Assembly (NCBI GenBank): GCA_049472335.1
Contig: JBLIRO010000001.1
Coordinates: 87,015-151,014 of the forward strand
Origin: a bacterium
Lineage (GTDB): Bacteria; SZUA-182; DTGQ01; JAFGSM01
Direction of reading: 5' to 3'
Length of the DNA: 64,000 bases
The notes below the pieces were generated by a model. That model made no database searches. It was not told the DNA's origin and saw only the letters and a program-made list of their open reading frames with translations. The position numbers and the translations under genes were made by a program. Of the stretch, positions 45,594 through 55,400 are shown one piece after another (the stretch's first letter is position 1; the number at the start of each line of letters is the position of its first letter).

Positions 45594-46478
45594 TCAATTT
45601 TTTAAAAACCGATTTCCTGTAATAGCTGCTTGACCTTTAACACCCTCATTAAGCGAAATATCCGGATTGGCATAGCAATACAGACAACCGTGTTTGCATT
45701 TCTGGGTATAATCACCTATGTCCCTGGAAAAAGTGCATTGACATTCCTTCCTTTGTGAAGGGTCCTTTTTGATGATGGTTGGCTCGCCTATGATACTCGA
45801 TATATATCTCCCGTCAATACAGCAGGACCTTTCTATATTAGGTATATCAGCATTCTCAAATAGATAATCATTACAGCAGAATTGAAGCCTTACGCCATGA
45901 TTGTCCGCAACCTTTCCCAACCTATATGCCATGTCAATTTTCTGCTGAATAGGTAAATCGACAAAAATTATCCCTCTTCTTGAGAGCTTTCTATATTGGG
46001 TATTCATAAAGGAGGTTTTTATCTGATAGATCCCTGCAGACGAAACCTTTTTGATGATCGTCTCGAATTCGTCCAGATTATTCCTGATCCCTGCCCCATC
46101 CCTCCAGTGCACAATGGGGTCGAACCGGACAAGAAGCCTTTCTTTGCCGAATTGTCTGAGAATAAAATCAAACTGGGCAAATCTGTAATCCAAAGAAGGC
46201 ACTCGAGGCTCCAGGAAAAAGGAGTCATTCAGGGTGAACATAAAAAACAGTTCATAGCGTTTCAGCGCGTTAATCTTCTTTAAAAGCGGGGCGAAATCCT
46301 TGGACCAGAAAACTATAGAGTGCACCGATGCCGGGGACAATGGAACGGAATAAACCGTACGATTATACGGATTGGTCACATCAGCCAAACCTCGATTCAA
46401 CTGTTCAATGAGCCAATCACTATAAAATGCTGGGATATCCGTCCTCCTGGAAGCGGATATGATTATCTTTTCATCCAT
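45594..46478 (-). CDS. DUF1848-domain protein (Cys-rich C-terminus)
   Basis: IISASRRTDIPAFYSDWL at the N-terminus. The C-terminal cluster is CCIDG…CQC…CKHGCLYCY. Confidence 0.6.
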   Translation of the reverse strand: MDEKIIISASRRTDIPAFYSDWLIEQLNRGLADVTNPYNRTVYSVPLSPASVHSIVFWSKDFAPLLKKINALKRYELFFMFTLNDSFFLEPRVPSLDYRFAQFDFILRQFGKERLLVRFDPIVHWRDGAGIRNNLDEFETIIKKVSSAGIYQIKTSFMNTQYRKLSRRGIIFVDLPIQQKIDMAYRLGKVADNHGVRLQFCCNDYLFENADIPNIERSCCIDGRYISSIIGEPTIIKKDPSQRKECQCTFSRDIGDYTQKCKHGCLYCYANPDISLNEGVKGQAAITGNRFLKN

Positions 46479-46566
46479 TTAATCTCTTTCCTGGATGGAT
46501 ACTAAAAATGTAAGCCTTCTCCAGGACCGTATTTTTTAACCGGTCTATGATGAATTGGGTAAGTAT

Positions 46567-47031
46567 CTATTCCCGTATCGCCTTTATATCCATCTCCATG
46601 ACCTGTTGAAAACGCGTCACCATGATATATCTTTCCACTTCAAGGACTATGACGGCACAATCGGGGTCCTGCAGAAATTCTTTCAGATGGGGATGTCTTG
46701 CCAGGTATAATCCGGAGAGTTTCTCCCGTTCTTCACCTTGCGACTCGCGGGCATTGCCTAATACGGTCAATGCCATGGCATCCTTGAAATCATCGACCCG
46801 GTTCGATCTGGAATCGATCAAGATGGAAATCTTTGGATATGTCTTTATGTTTGTATATTTCCGCGTATTCCGAAATGTAGCGAATATTATCCGCTCCAGG
46901 TCATTTGTTATCGCAAAGCCTACCAGCGTGCAGTAGGGATATTCCTTACCTCGAGTTGCCAGCACTCCCAGGTTTTGCGAGTGAAGCAGCGGTTGAATCA
47001 TTGTGATCAGTTTTTTTTCATCTGACGACAT
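46567..47031 (-). CDS. Pyridoxamine 5'-phosphate oxidase-like FMN-binding protein
   Basis: 154 aa with LGVLATRGKEYPYCTLVGFA… and a split-barrel-like pattern. Confidence 0.5.
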   Translation of the reverse strand: MSSDEKKLITMIQPLLHSQNLGVLATRGKEYPYCTLVGFAITNDLERIIFATFRNTRKYTNIKTYPKISILIDSRSNRVDDFKDAMALTVLGNARESQGEEREKLSGLYLARHPHLKEFLQDPDCAVIVLEVERYIMVTRFQQVMEMDIKAIRE

Positions 47032-47124
47032 TTATCCTCCTGGCTATAAACTTTACATTGCCTGTTTATGGTACGGTTTTTTTTGCCTTATTATCTTACA
47101 TAATCGTATTTTCAATTAATATAA

Positions 47125-47751
47125 TTATAATAATTGCCGGTCCAAATAAGGTTTTACAGCCTTATAAAATTGTCGCGCCATAATGGTGTAACCGGCGCTA
47201 TTTGGGTGAATGCTGTCACTCATGAGGTCCGGATGGCCCAAAATTCCGTCGAAGATATTGGGTATTAAAATTGAGCCTGTTTTGCGTGCAAGCAATTTAT
47301 ATGCATCGTCGAATCCTTTACCAAAAAATGGTAAATCTATCCCCCCGATAATGACCAAAGCGCCTTTTACCTGAATCTTCTCAATGATCACTCGGAGATT
47401 CTCGAATGCGGTCTCTTTGGAAACTCCATTTTTCAGATCATTGCCGCCTAATGTTATGAGAACGATACGGGGATTCTTTTTCAGGACGTCATCTATCCGT
47501 CTGAGAGCATCTGATGTGGTATCTCCCGGTACGCCCTCATTAAGTACAGGCATTCCAATCATTCCGGATAATTGAGACGGGTAATCCATTCCCTTCTTTG
47601 CACCCGTGCCGTAAGTCAGACTATCCCCAAAGCAGACAATAGCCTCTCCGGAAGGAATAGAATTTTTTATTTTGTATCCATGTGGCATTAAACAATATAC
47701 AATAATAATGATGATGCTTATGAAACTAATACCAACAACTATCTTTTTCAT
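47125..47751 (-). CDS. SGNH/GDSL hydrolase (arylesterase/TesA-like), secreted
   Basis: VCFGDSLTYG (block I Ser), TLGGNDL (block III) and DSIHPNSAGY (block V). N-terminal signal/TM. Confidence 0.75.
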   Translation of the reverse strand: MKKIVVGISFISIIIIIVYCLMPHGYKIKNSIPSGEAIVCFGDSLTYGTGAKKGMDYPSQLSGMIGMPVLNEGVPGDTTSDALRRIDDVLKKNPRIVLITLGGNDLKNGVSKETAFENLRVIIEKIQVKGALVIIGGIDLPFFGKGFDDAYKLLARKTGSILIPNIFDGILGHPDLMSDSIHPNSAGYTIMARQFYKAVKPYLDRQLL

Positions 47752-47831
47752 AATTTAACAGTTTAGCAAGATCCCATTTTATCCTATAACAACAACTAGT
47801 TGTGCCTAGAGATCAAAGCATAATCTTAAAC

Positions 47832-48515
47832 TCAGGCCTTTTTAATCCTAAGCATTTTGTTCCCGCCACGCTGGAACTCATAGATAACGGTAACAATATC
47901 AACTTCGTACCCCGCGCTCCTGAAATGTTCAACAACCCCCGTAACATGTGATGAAGGTTTTGCTCCCAGTTGGAGCAGTGGGAAGATCCTTGCTTCTTTG
48001 GCAACCCTGCACATCTCTTGGATGGCGCTGATGTGGAACTGCAGATTCAACATATTGCTATATAAAAACAGAAAATGGGAGCATAATGCCAGCGTGAACC
48101 TATTGTCCGGAAAACTCAACAAAGGCAGGGAGCCAGGAAGGTATCTGCCTTCTGACTTGCCACGATCGTAGTCCGATAGAAAGGTAAGCATCGCCTCCAT
48201 GCGCACACGTCCCAGTTCCTCAACCGAAGATATATGCTTCCAGACAAACTCCTCCATGTTTTTTCTGGTTTGCGTTATTACTTCCCCGAAGGTCTCATCT
48301 ATTCGCTTTTTGATTTGGCCGGTTTCATAATCATAAAGGGGGTCAATGGATACAACTGTCACTCCCCGTTTGCACGATTCATAATTGAAGCTTGAAGGTC
48401 CATCGGCACAACTGAGGATGGAGCCCCTCAGGTCTTCCTCTGACAGGGCAAACATGGCCACGTATTCTTTAAAAGACCTCCCCCAAGGCACAACATGTGT
48501 CAACTGAAATGTCAT
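47832..48515 (-). CDS. Probable class I SAM-dependent methyltransferase
   Basis: ILSCADGPSSFN resembles motif I, and ALCSHFLFLY resembles a post-II region. 227 aa. Confidence 0.45.
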   Translation of the reverse strand: MTFQLTHVVPWGRSFKEYVAMFALSEEDLRGSILSCADGPSSFNYESCKRGVTVVSIDPLYDYETGQIKKRIDETFGEVITQTRKNMEEFVWKHISSVEELGRVRMEAMLTFLSDYDRGKSEGRYLPGSLPLLSFPDNRFTLALCSHFLFLYSNMLNLQFHISAIQEMCRVAKEARIFPLLQLGAKPSSHVTGVVEHFRSAGYEVDIVTVIYEFQRGGNKMLRIKKA

Positions 48516-48707
48516 TCTCTATTCATCCGGTGATCTTTTGTATGCAGATAAGTTTTTTTGTCTCATTAAAGTATATATATTAAACATAAAAAGATTCAAG
48601 GCCTAAAATTGTTAAGATGTAAAAAGCCATTGAAATTATATTTTTAATAAAATCATGATTATGTTAATATATATCTATAAATTAAAGAAGTTACAGTAGG
48701 TAGTACT

Positions 48708-51700
48708 ATGTCAATAAGGAGTATTAGTAGTATAAGGAGCAGTGTTATGGATAAGATCGGGAAAATCGGCATAATCAGTCTTTTTGTCTTTTTGTTTATT
48801 GTCTTTATCTTTTTGTTCAGCGTAAAGAGCACATTCGCCGCCTATGGAGATTACAGCTCCACAAGACCTGCCTGGCTCGATCAAAGCCTTACCAGTGCAA
48901 ATGGTGATTTCACTATCTGGTATGTGGACGAGGACCGTCATTCCGGGCCGTTTGTGGGCGATCCCGACACTGACGGGGATAATCTGCCGGACACCTGGGA
49001 AACCCATTTTTTTGGGAACCTCACTCAAACCCAGAACGGAAATCCTGATGTGGATAATTATACCAACCTGCAGGAGTTTCAGGGAGGAAGCTGGCCGAAT
49101 GACGATTATTTCAGGCCGCTCGATACTATTGATCCCACATTGAACGGAGGGGGGGATAATCGGATAGTAAGTGACAGTATAGATACCCTTTTATTCTGCC
49201 AGGGAAGATACACTGCCTGGGGATTCAATGCCCCTGCCCTGCTGCCGCTTGAAATATTCTTACGATACACGCCTTTTGCCGGATGGGGAAGCGTGGATCC
49301 GCTGTGGATCTCACCAACCATTGCCTCAGATTTAACCGATCCCGATCGAAGATGGGTCGGCATCCATGAACTTTTTCATAATGTGCAGGCTGCTTATACG
49401 GATGTGCCAAGAGACACGAAATGGTTTATAGAAGGTTCGGCCCGAATGAGCCAGGATTTTTTCTATAATGATATGGATATCAGTCCGGCCACCAATTATG
49501 CAGGTGAAGCGCGGGGATTTCTGGGGGACCCGGAAGGTGTAGGCCTTTTCGAGAGATCATACAGAGGTGTGTTTTTCTGGAAATATTTCTGTGAACAGAT
49601 AGGAAAGACTGTTACTGGCCAGCCTCAGGAAGGCTTTGACGCCTTGCACCGTTTCATGGTCTCCTCTAACGGCCTGGAAGGCGTGGATTCCATTCAGCAA
49701 TGCCTGAATGATCTGGATGCCGGAGACTACTGGAAGAACAGAAAGGCGAGCCATTTCTTTGCGACATGGGTAACGGCCTTATATACAAGGCAATTCAATC
49801 CAGCTTCCCTGTCAACACTTTATTACTACCGGGATGAGCAGGAAAACCTTCCAAGCAGTCTTGAACGTCCTGTTGAGATATCCAATGCCCCTTACAATGC
49901 AGGTACAAACAGCTATGCCCCTGAAGCTATCCCTCTGAACGGGAGCGTTATTCATAACGACAACGATGTTACGACATGGACCAGAAACCTGGGAAAGTGG
50001 CGCAGCCGCTACTATGCCTTCAAGCCCGACACAAATGCCCGATTCATCATTGTCTGGGCGGACGGAAAGACCAATCAGAACAACTATTATGCCTCTGTGA
50101 GTGTAAGAGGTGATAGTGTAAGAGACATTTATTTTAATTACGGAGAAGATCTCATGAAGGCATTATATAACGACGGCCTGGATGAGGTGGGAGTCGTTAT
50201 TGCCGCCCTTGATGCGGATGCAGACTATGACTTGATCGTATGGTCTATCTCCGACTTCGGAATAAATATCGTTTATCCCAGGAGGGATAATCAGGAGGTA
50301 GTAAGAGTCCCGGAGGCAGGGGGGACCTCCACATTCGAGGTCCATCTAAAAGTAATGGCGGAAAAGCCGGCCGGAGTGGGTGGAGGTGACATCTATGTAG
50401 ACGGATTGAGCCATGAGCTTTTTGAGGTCTGGGTCAACGGAATCCCGGTTGATGTCATCTCCGGTCATCAGGTCATGGACGAATACTGGTTGGCCTGTGT
50501 AGCGCCGGATCTTGCCCCTGATGAATATGACCTTCGGGTCAGGCTGATTGATGAAGAGGACACTGAAATCAAATCGATCCGTTATGCTGACAAACCTCGT
50601 CTTGACAGGATGATCGTTATCGACCGTTCAGGGAGCATGGGTTCGGAGCTTATGGGAAACAATGAGAAAATGCTGGCTGCCAAGAGCGGAGGCAGGTTAT
50701 ATACGGACCTGATGACAGATGGCGACAAACTCGGTCTGGCGAGCTTTGGGAACGCTTCAACACTCCACAAATCACTCTCAAATGTTACCACCAACTATAA
50801 AAATCAGGTTAAGGAATCCATAAATAATGACATTACAAACGATCCCAGCCAGTACGAACATACAGCCATGGGTCAGGGAATCTTGACAGGGTACAATCAG
50901 CTCATAAGCCGTGGTGATTCAGAGCATGAATGGCGCATTGCCCTTCTGACCGACGGGATAGAAGACGTAGCGCCGTTTTGGGATGATGCCACGGTAAGCG
51001 GTGTGGTAAATCCCTCACAGGTAATAATAGACGCCATAGCCCTGGGCACTGGAGCGCATGAGGGACTTTTGAGCAGAATAGCGGAAGAAACGGAAGGTGA
51101 ATATTTTCATGTGCCTGTAAGCACCTCCTCTCCCAGGAAAAGGGGTGTTGCAGCAGGGGTGGACCCTGTTGTGGAAAATAAGGTTGCCAATATATACCGG
51201 ATGATCAATGAGAGGGAGATGGGATATGCCAGGATCTGGTCCGAGGAGGGGGTGGTGAGCACACTCCAAAAGAATGTTTATTTTGATGTATATGAGGGTA
51301 TGAGAGACCTTATACTAACAGTCAACCAGCCTGCCGTCTTTAAGCTCGATGTCAGTGTTTCAAATCCTTATGGTTATAAAATAGGCTATAGTGTAGCTGA
51401 TAAAACTCACATGATTTACCATATTCCGGTAATTCCCGGAACATGGACTATAAGACTCGTGGCTTCGGAAGAGGTACCCTATCTTGCCATTTTGACAGGT
51501 CACGGTGAGATCAGCTCCAAATTGTTTTTCACTCAGCCTGACTATAGCGCTAAAATAGGTGCGGTTGAGAAGATCTGCCTTGCCTTATACAAGAAATCAG
51601 GACCTGTGCATGGGGCTGAAGTGGAAGCCACGGTCACAACCCCGATAGGCGAGGTTTCTAAATGGAAGTTATTTGACGACGGCGAGCATGGAGACGGTGC

Positions 51701-53354
51701 AGCCGGTGATGGCATTTACAGCCGGGATTACCGTCTTACATGGCGGGAAGGCAGTTATGATGTGAAAGTGATTGCCCATGGAGAAGATGAAAAGATTCCT
51801 TATCGCTTAGAAAAGAATGGATTTTTCCTGATGGAAGATGATTACGACCGGGATGAGGATGGAATGCCAAATGCCTGGGAGACACGATACGGTCTTGATC
51901 CCTCAAAAAATGATTCAAAGTTTGATTTGGACAATGACGGAATTTCCAATGGAGAGGAATTTAAGAAAGGCGGGGACCCTTCCAGCGATGACACTGACAA
52001 CGGAGGGACCCAGGACGGGTCCGAGTTGGATAACCGTATGAATATGCTGGACTTTTCTGACGATTTGATTGCCCCTCCCTCCGCCCTCATTACAAATAAA
52101 CAGCCCACTGATTGTTATGAGCCTGATTATAAGGCACCCGGATCGGGTGAAAACCTGCTTTATTGGTCATTGGGAAGGAATTACTCTTCAGTGGACGTAT
52201 ACAGGTCTGATTCCAAAAACGGGACATATACCAGGATTGCCTCAGGTGTGACAGCCGAGAAAAGGCCTTATTCAGACAAGGGGCTTACTAATTTGAAGCC
52301 CTATTATTATAAAATTTCCGCCATCACCAAATCAGGGATACGTACCCGTCTTTCAGACCCGGTCATGGGAATACCCAAATCCGACAATCTGGCCCCCTGG
52401 GGCGGGATTGAAATCGAAGGGTACGACAGGATTGTAACTACAAACGTGACCCTTAAATTATGGGCCTCGCCGGATACCAAATATATGAGGATATCAAATA
52501 CGGGGAACTTCGAAGGCAGTAGCTGGGTGCCTTTCTCAGAGTCAACAAGCTGGACGATTGCAGGATTTGAAGGGGCCAACTTTGTATATGTTCAATTTAT
52601 GGATGACTCAGGGAGTGCATTCTTTCCCTATTTTGGAAATATATCTATTCCCTTTTTCGATTCCGTCTTTTATGAAAGGGACAAAGACAGGGATTTTCTG
52701 GGAGACCTTTGGGAGATTAAATTTTTTGGGAATCTCCTCCAAAAGGCAACGGATGATCCTGACAGAGACGGGTTATTCAATATAGATGAATTTAAGATTG
52801 GCACATTTCCTAAAAATCCTGATTCAGACGGTGATGGCATATCCGACGGGATAGAGGTTGCAAAAGGACTTAATCCGTTATGGAATGATATAGACATATC
52901 CGTGAACATGGACTTCGGCGCAGGCTGGAGCATGGTTTCCCTTTCTGTGGTCCCGGACAATCCGTCCGTTTCCTCAATATTCCCTGGCGCTGTTGTTGTT
53001 TATGGTTATGAGAAGGGCATAGGGTATGTTCGTAAAACAACGGACCAAAATCTGGAAGCAGGGAGAGGTTATTGGATACTATTTAATTCTCCCAGAAGCT
53101 TTACCCAGACCGGTGAGCCTATCATCTCTTATGTCCTTCCGTTTTATGAGAAAGGATGGTCCATGATCGGCGGATGTTTTTCCCCTGCCAAGGCTTCGGC
53201 AAGCAACTGCAGCATCGGGGTGATCTATGGTTATAAACCCAAGACGGGATATCAAAGGCTTCTCGAATCTGAAAGCCTGATGCCGGGTAAAGGATATTGG
53301 ATATTATTCAATAATATTTTTAAATATTGCGAGCTGACTGTTGATATAAGGTAA
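48708..53354 (+). CDS. Giant secreted multidomain protein: TSP3-like Ca-binding repeats, HExxH metallopeptidase-like region, VWA domain, Ig/FN3-like modules, duplicated C-terminal domain
   Basis: N-terminal TM/signal IGIISLFVFLFIVFIFLF; DPDTDGDNLPDTWE; HELFHNV; IVIDRSGSMG (MIDAS DxSxS); DNDGISNGEE and DSDGDGISDG; two copies of GYWILFN at the C-terminus. Confidence 0.75.
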   Translation: MSIRSISSIRSSVMDKIGKIGIISLFVFLFIVFIFLFSVKSTFAAYGDYSSTRPAWLDQSLTSANGDFTIWYVDEDRHSGPFVGDPDTDGDNLPDTWETHFFGNLTQTQNGNPDVDNYTNLQEFQGGSWPNDDYFRPLDTIDPTLNGGGDNRIVSDSIDTLLFCQGRYTAWGFNAPALLPLEIFLRYTPFAGWGSVDPLWISPTIASDLTDPDRRWVGIHELFHNVQAAYTDVPRDTKWFIEGSARMSQDFFYNDMDISPATNYAGEARGFLGDPEGVGLFERSYRGVFFWKYFCEQIGKTVTGQPQEGFDALHRFMVSSNGLEGVDSIQQCLNDLDAGDYWKNRKASHFFATWVTALYTRQFNPASLSTLYYYRDEQENLPSSLERPVEISNAPYNAGTNSYAPEAIPLNGSVIHNDNDVTTWTRNLGKWRSRYYAFKPDTNARFIIVWADGKTNQNNYYASVSVRGDSVRDIYFNYGEDLMKALYNDGLDEVGVVIAALDADADYDLIVWSISDFGINIVYPRRDNQEVVRVPEAGGTSTFEVHLKVMAEKPAGVGGGDIYVDGLSHELFEVWVNGIPVDVISGHQVMDEYWLACVAPDLAPDEYDLRVRLIDEEDTEIKSIRYADKPRLDRMIVIDRSGSMGSELMGNNEKMLAAKSGGRLYTDLMTDGDKLGLASFGNASTLHKSLSNVTTNYKNQVKESINNDITNDPSQYEHTAMGQGILTGYNQLISRGDSEHEWRIALLTDGIEDVAPFWDDATVSGVVNPSQVIIDAIALGTGAHEGLLSRIAEETEGEYFHVPVSTSSPRKRGVAAGVDPVVENKVANIYRMINEREMGYARIWSEEGVVSTLQKNVYFDVYEGMRDLILTVNQPAVFKLDVSVSNPYGYKIGYSVADKTHMIYHIPVIPGTWTIRLVASEEVPYLAILTGHGEISSKLFFTQPDYSAKIGAVEKICLALYKKSGPVHGAEVEATVTTPIGEVSKWKLFDDGEHGDGAAGDGIYSRDYRLTWREGSYDVKVIAHGEDEKIPYRLEKNGFFLMEDDYDRDEDGMPNAWETRYGLDPSKNDSKFDLDNDGISNGEEFKKGGDPSSDDTDNGGTQDGSELDNRMNMLDFSDDLIAPPSALITNKQPTDCYEPDYKAPGSGENLLYWSLGRNYSSVDVYRSDSKNGTYTRIASGVTAEKRPYSDKGLTNLKPYYYKISAITKSGIRTRLSDPVMGIPKSDNLAPWGGIEIEGYDRIVTTNVTLKLWASPDTKYMRISNTGNFEGSSWVPFSESTSWTIAGFEGANFVYVQFMDDSGSAFFPYFGNISIPFFDSVFYERDKDRDFLGDLWEIKFFGNLLQKATDDPDRDGLFNIDEFKIGTFPKNPDSDGDGISDGIEVAKGLNPLWNDIDISVNMDFGAGWSMVSLSVVPDNPSVSSIFPGAVVVYGYEKGIGYVRKTTDQNLEAGRGYWILFNSPRSFTQTGEPIISYVLPFYEKGWSMIGGCFSPAKASASNCSIGVIYGYKPKTGYQRLLESESLMPGKGYWILFNNIFKYCELTVDIR

Positions 53355-53392
53355 TAAGTATGTCCTTTACCCAACCTGGTATATGAAAAATT

Positions 53393-55242
53393 TTATGGCA
53401 GGTTTGACTTAATATTGTCTAATTTAAATTCACCCATGATTATCTTAAGGTCTTCTGATAATTTATTTAGCTGAGAAGAGTGATAGGAAGACCGTTTTGT
53501 CAAAGAAACAAACTCTCTTGTGGTGTGATCGATTCCCATTGTGGCCTCTGCCAACTGATCTGAGGCATTCTTCTGCTGCTGAGTGGATGAAGAGATTTCC
53601 TGAATAAAATTGGCTGTTTTTTGTAACATTTCAAGCCCATCTGCAACAGTTTTGGTGGTATCCTCTATATCCAAAACGATAATATTGATATCATCCTGGA
53701 TCTCTTTTATAAGACGTCTGATCTCCTTGGTTGACTTAGAAGTAATTTCCGCCAGGGTTTTAACCTCCTGGGCCACGATCACAAAACCTTTTCCGGTCTC
53801 ACCTGCATGAGCGGATTCAAGGGCCGCATTAACGGCCAGAATATTCGTTTGGACAGTTATGTCGTCGATCATAACTGTGATATTCCCGATCGCATTTGAT
53901 TTATTCCCAAGGGAAAGAATTTTATTGGAAGTATCGCTCAAACTTAGTGTTGATGGTCTGCATCCCTTTTAGGGTATTTTCCGCCACCTCTTGAACATTC
54001 ATAGCATTTTTTAAATATTCATGGCTGTCGCTGCAAGCTCCTTTATAGATACACTCAACTCCGATATGGCAGCAGCCTGCTGACAGGCGCCAGATGATTG
54101 CTGCTGGGTTGACGCATCAATCTCTATAGATAATTCATCGATCTTAAATCCCGTGTCCCGAATCTGTATTATCATTGCCTTTAGGCTGTTGATCAAGGTA
54201 TTAAAGACCTTACCTAGCTGTCCAATTTCATCTTTTGTCTTTATCTCTACATATTGAGTCAGATAACAGGCCTTTTCAGCTATTCCGCTACTTGCCTCTG
54301 TTAAAATCCGAAGAGGATTGATTATACAACTAGCTAAAAATATACCCAGGGTAACCGCAAGCAAAATGGCCACAAAGATCATGAGCGAAATCATACTTTT
54401 TGCTTCTATCCGAGCTGCCAATGTCTGGTTTCTTGGAATACTCACCATCAACATACCTATGGGAATCCCCTTGATATTTTTAAAGAGGGAGACCTTGGAT
54501 GTAACAGGCACTCCTAAGAGATCCAAATTAAAGTTAGTCTTCTTTTTGGCTTTGGCCTCTCTATATATATCCATAATACCCGGGATATTTAAAATTTGCT
54601 CTCCCGGTTTAACTAATGTCGTAACACTCAATTGATCTTCGATCAAAATGCTGATATCCGCTCTTACCATAGCATAAATTTCATTAATATAATTTTGATC
54701 CAGGTCTTTGCTTATTATCATTATTCCCAACAAACCCCCTTCAGGCGATTTAATCGGCAAGGCTGTTTTAACTATTATCAAATCCCTGTCCTTCTCGAAG
54801 GCTAAAACTTCCTCCCCTTTTTGAACCTTTTTTATCAAAGGCCCGCTCAGCGCCTTATCTCCAATCCTGAATCGGGAATGAAATGATCCTTTTACGACAC
54901 CTTCCTTGTTGACCAAAATCAGACTGCTTATTCCCGCCAACTCAAGCTGAGACAAACGTTTCGCAGTATTTGAACAGACATGGTCGAAGTCAGGCTCTGC
55001 TGAATCATGGAGTCATTAGATAGAAATCTTCCGATTATGATTAAATTTTTATGGGATTCTTCGATCATGTTATCGACAATATTTGTGACAAAGAAGGTTT
55101 TGTTTTTGAGTGCCTGATCGATTTTTTTCCCTACAATCCTTATGGTCAAATATCTAACAAACAGCATTGGTATAAGGATAAAGAGGGTGAATATTACAAT
55201 CGGCTTATACCGGAGTTTCAACCCAAGAGAAACCATTATCAA
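53393..55242 (-). pseudogene. Methyl-accepting chemotaxis protein broken into at least three reading frames
   Basis: 54928-55242 holds the N-terminal TM and start of the sensor. 54011-54955 holds the sensor, TM2, HAMP and start of the signalling domain. 53393-53941 holds the conserved core VQTNILAVNAALESAHAGETGKGFVIVAQEV. A fourth frame reads NAMNVQEVAENTLKGMQTINTKF in the gap 53942-54010. Confidence 0.7.
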
Positions 55243-55400
55243 TTTTAAAATTACTTCCGTTTAGGTAGAAAATTATATTCAGGGATATTAATGAGGGGGT
55301 TTTTATCTCTTTATTTATCGGTAAAATTAAAACTTCGCTTCAGCAGTAATTTTAATTCCGGGTCTGAATCCTTTTGATGCTTACTATATGGTTGAATTGG

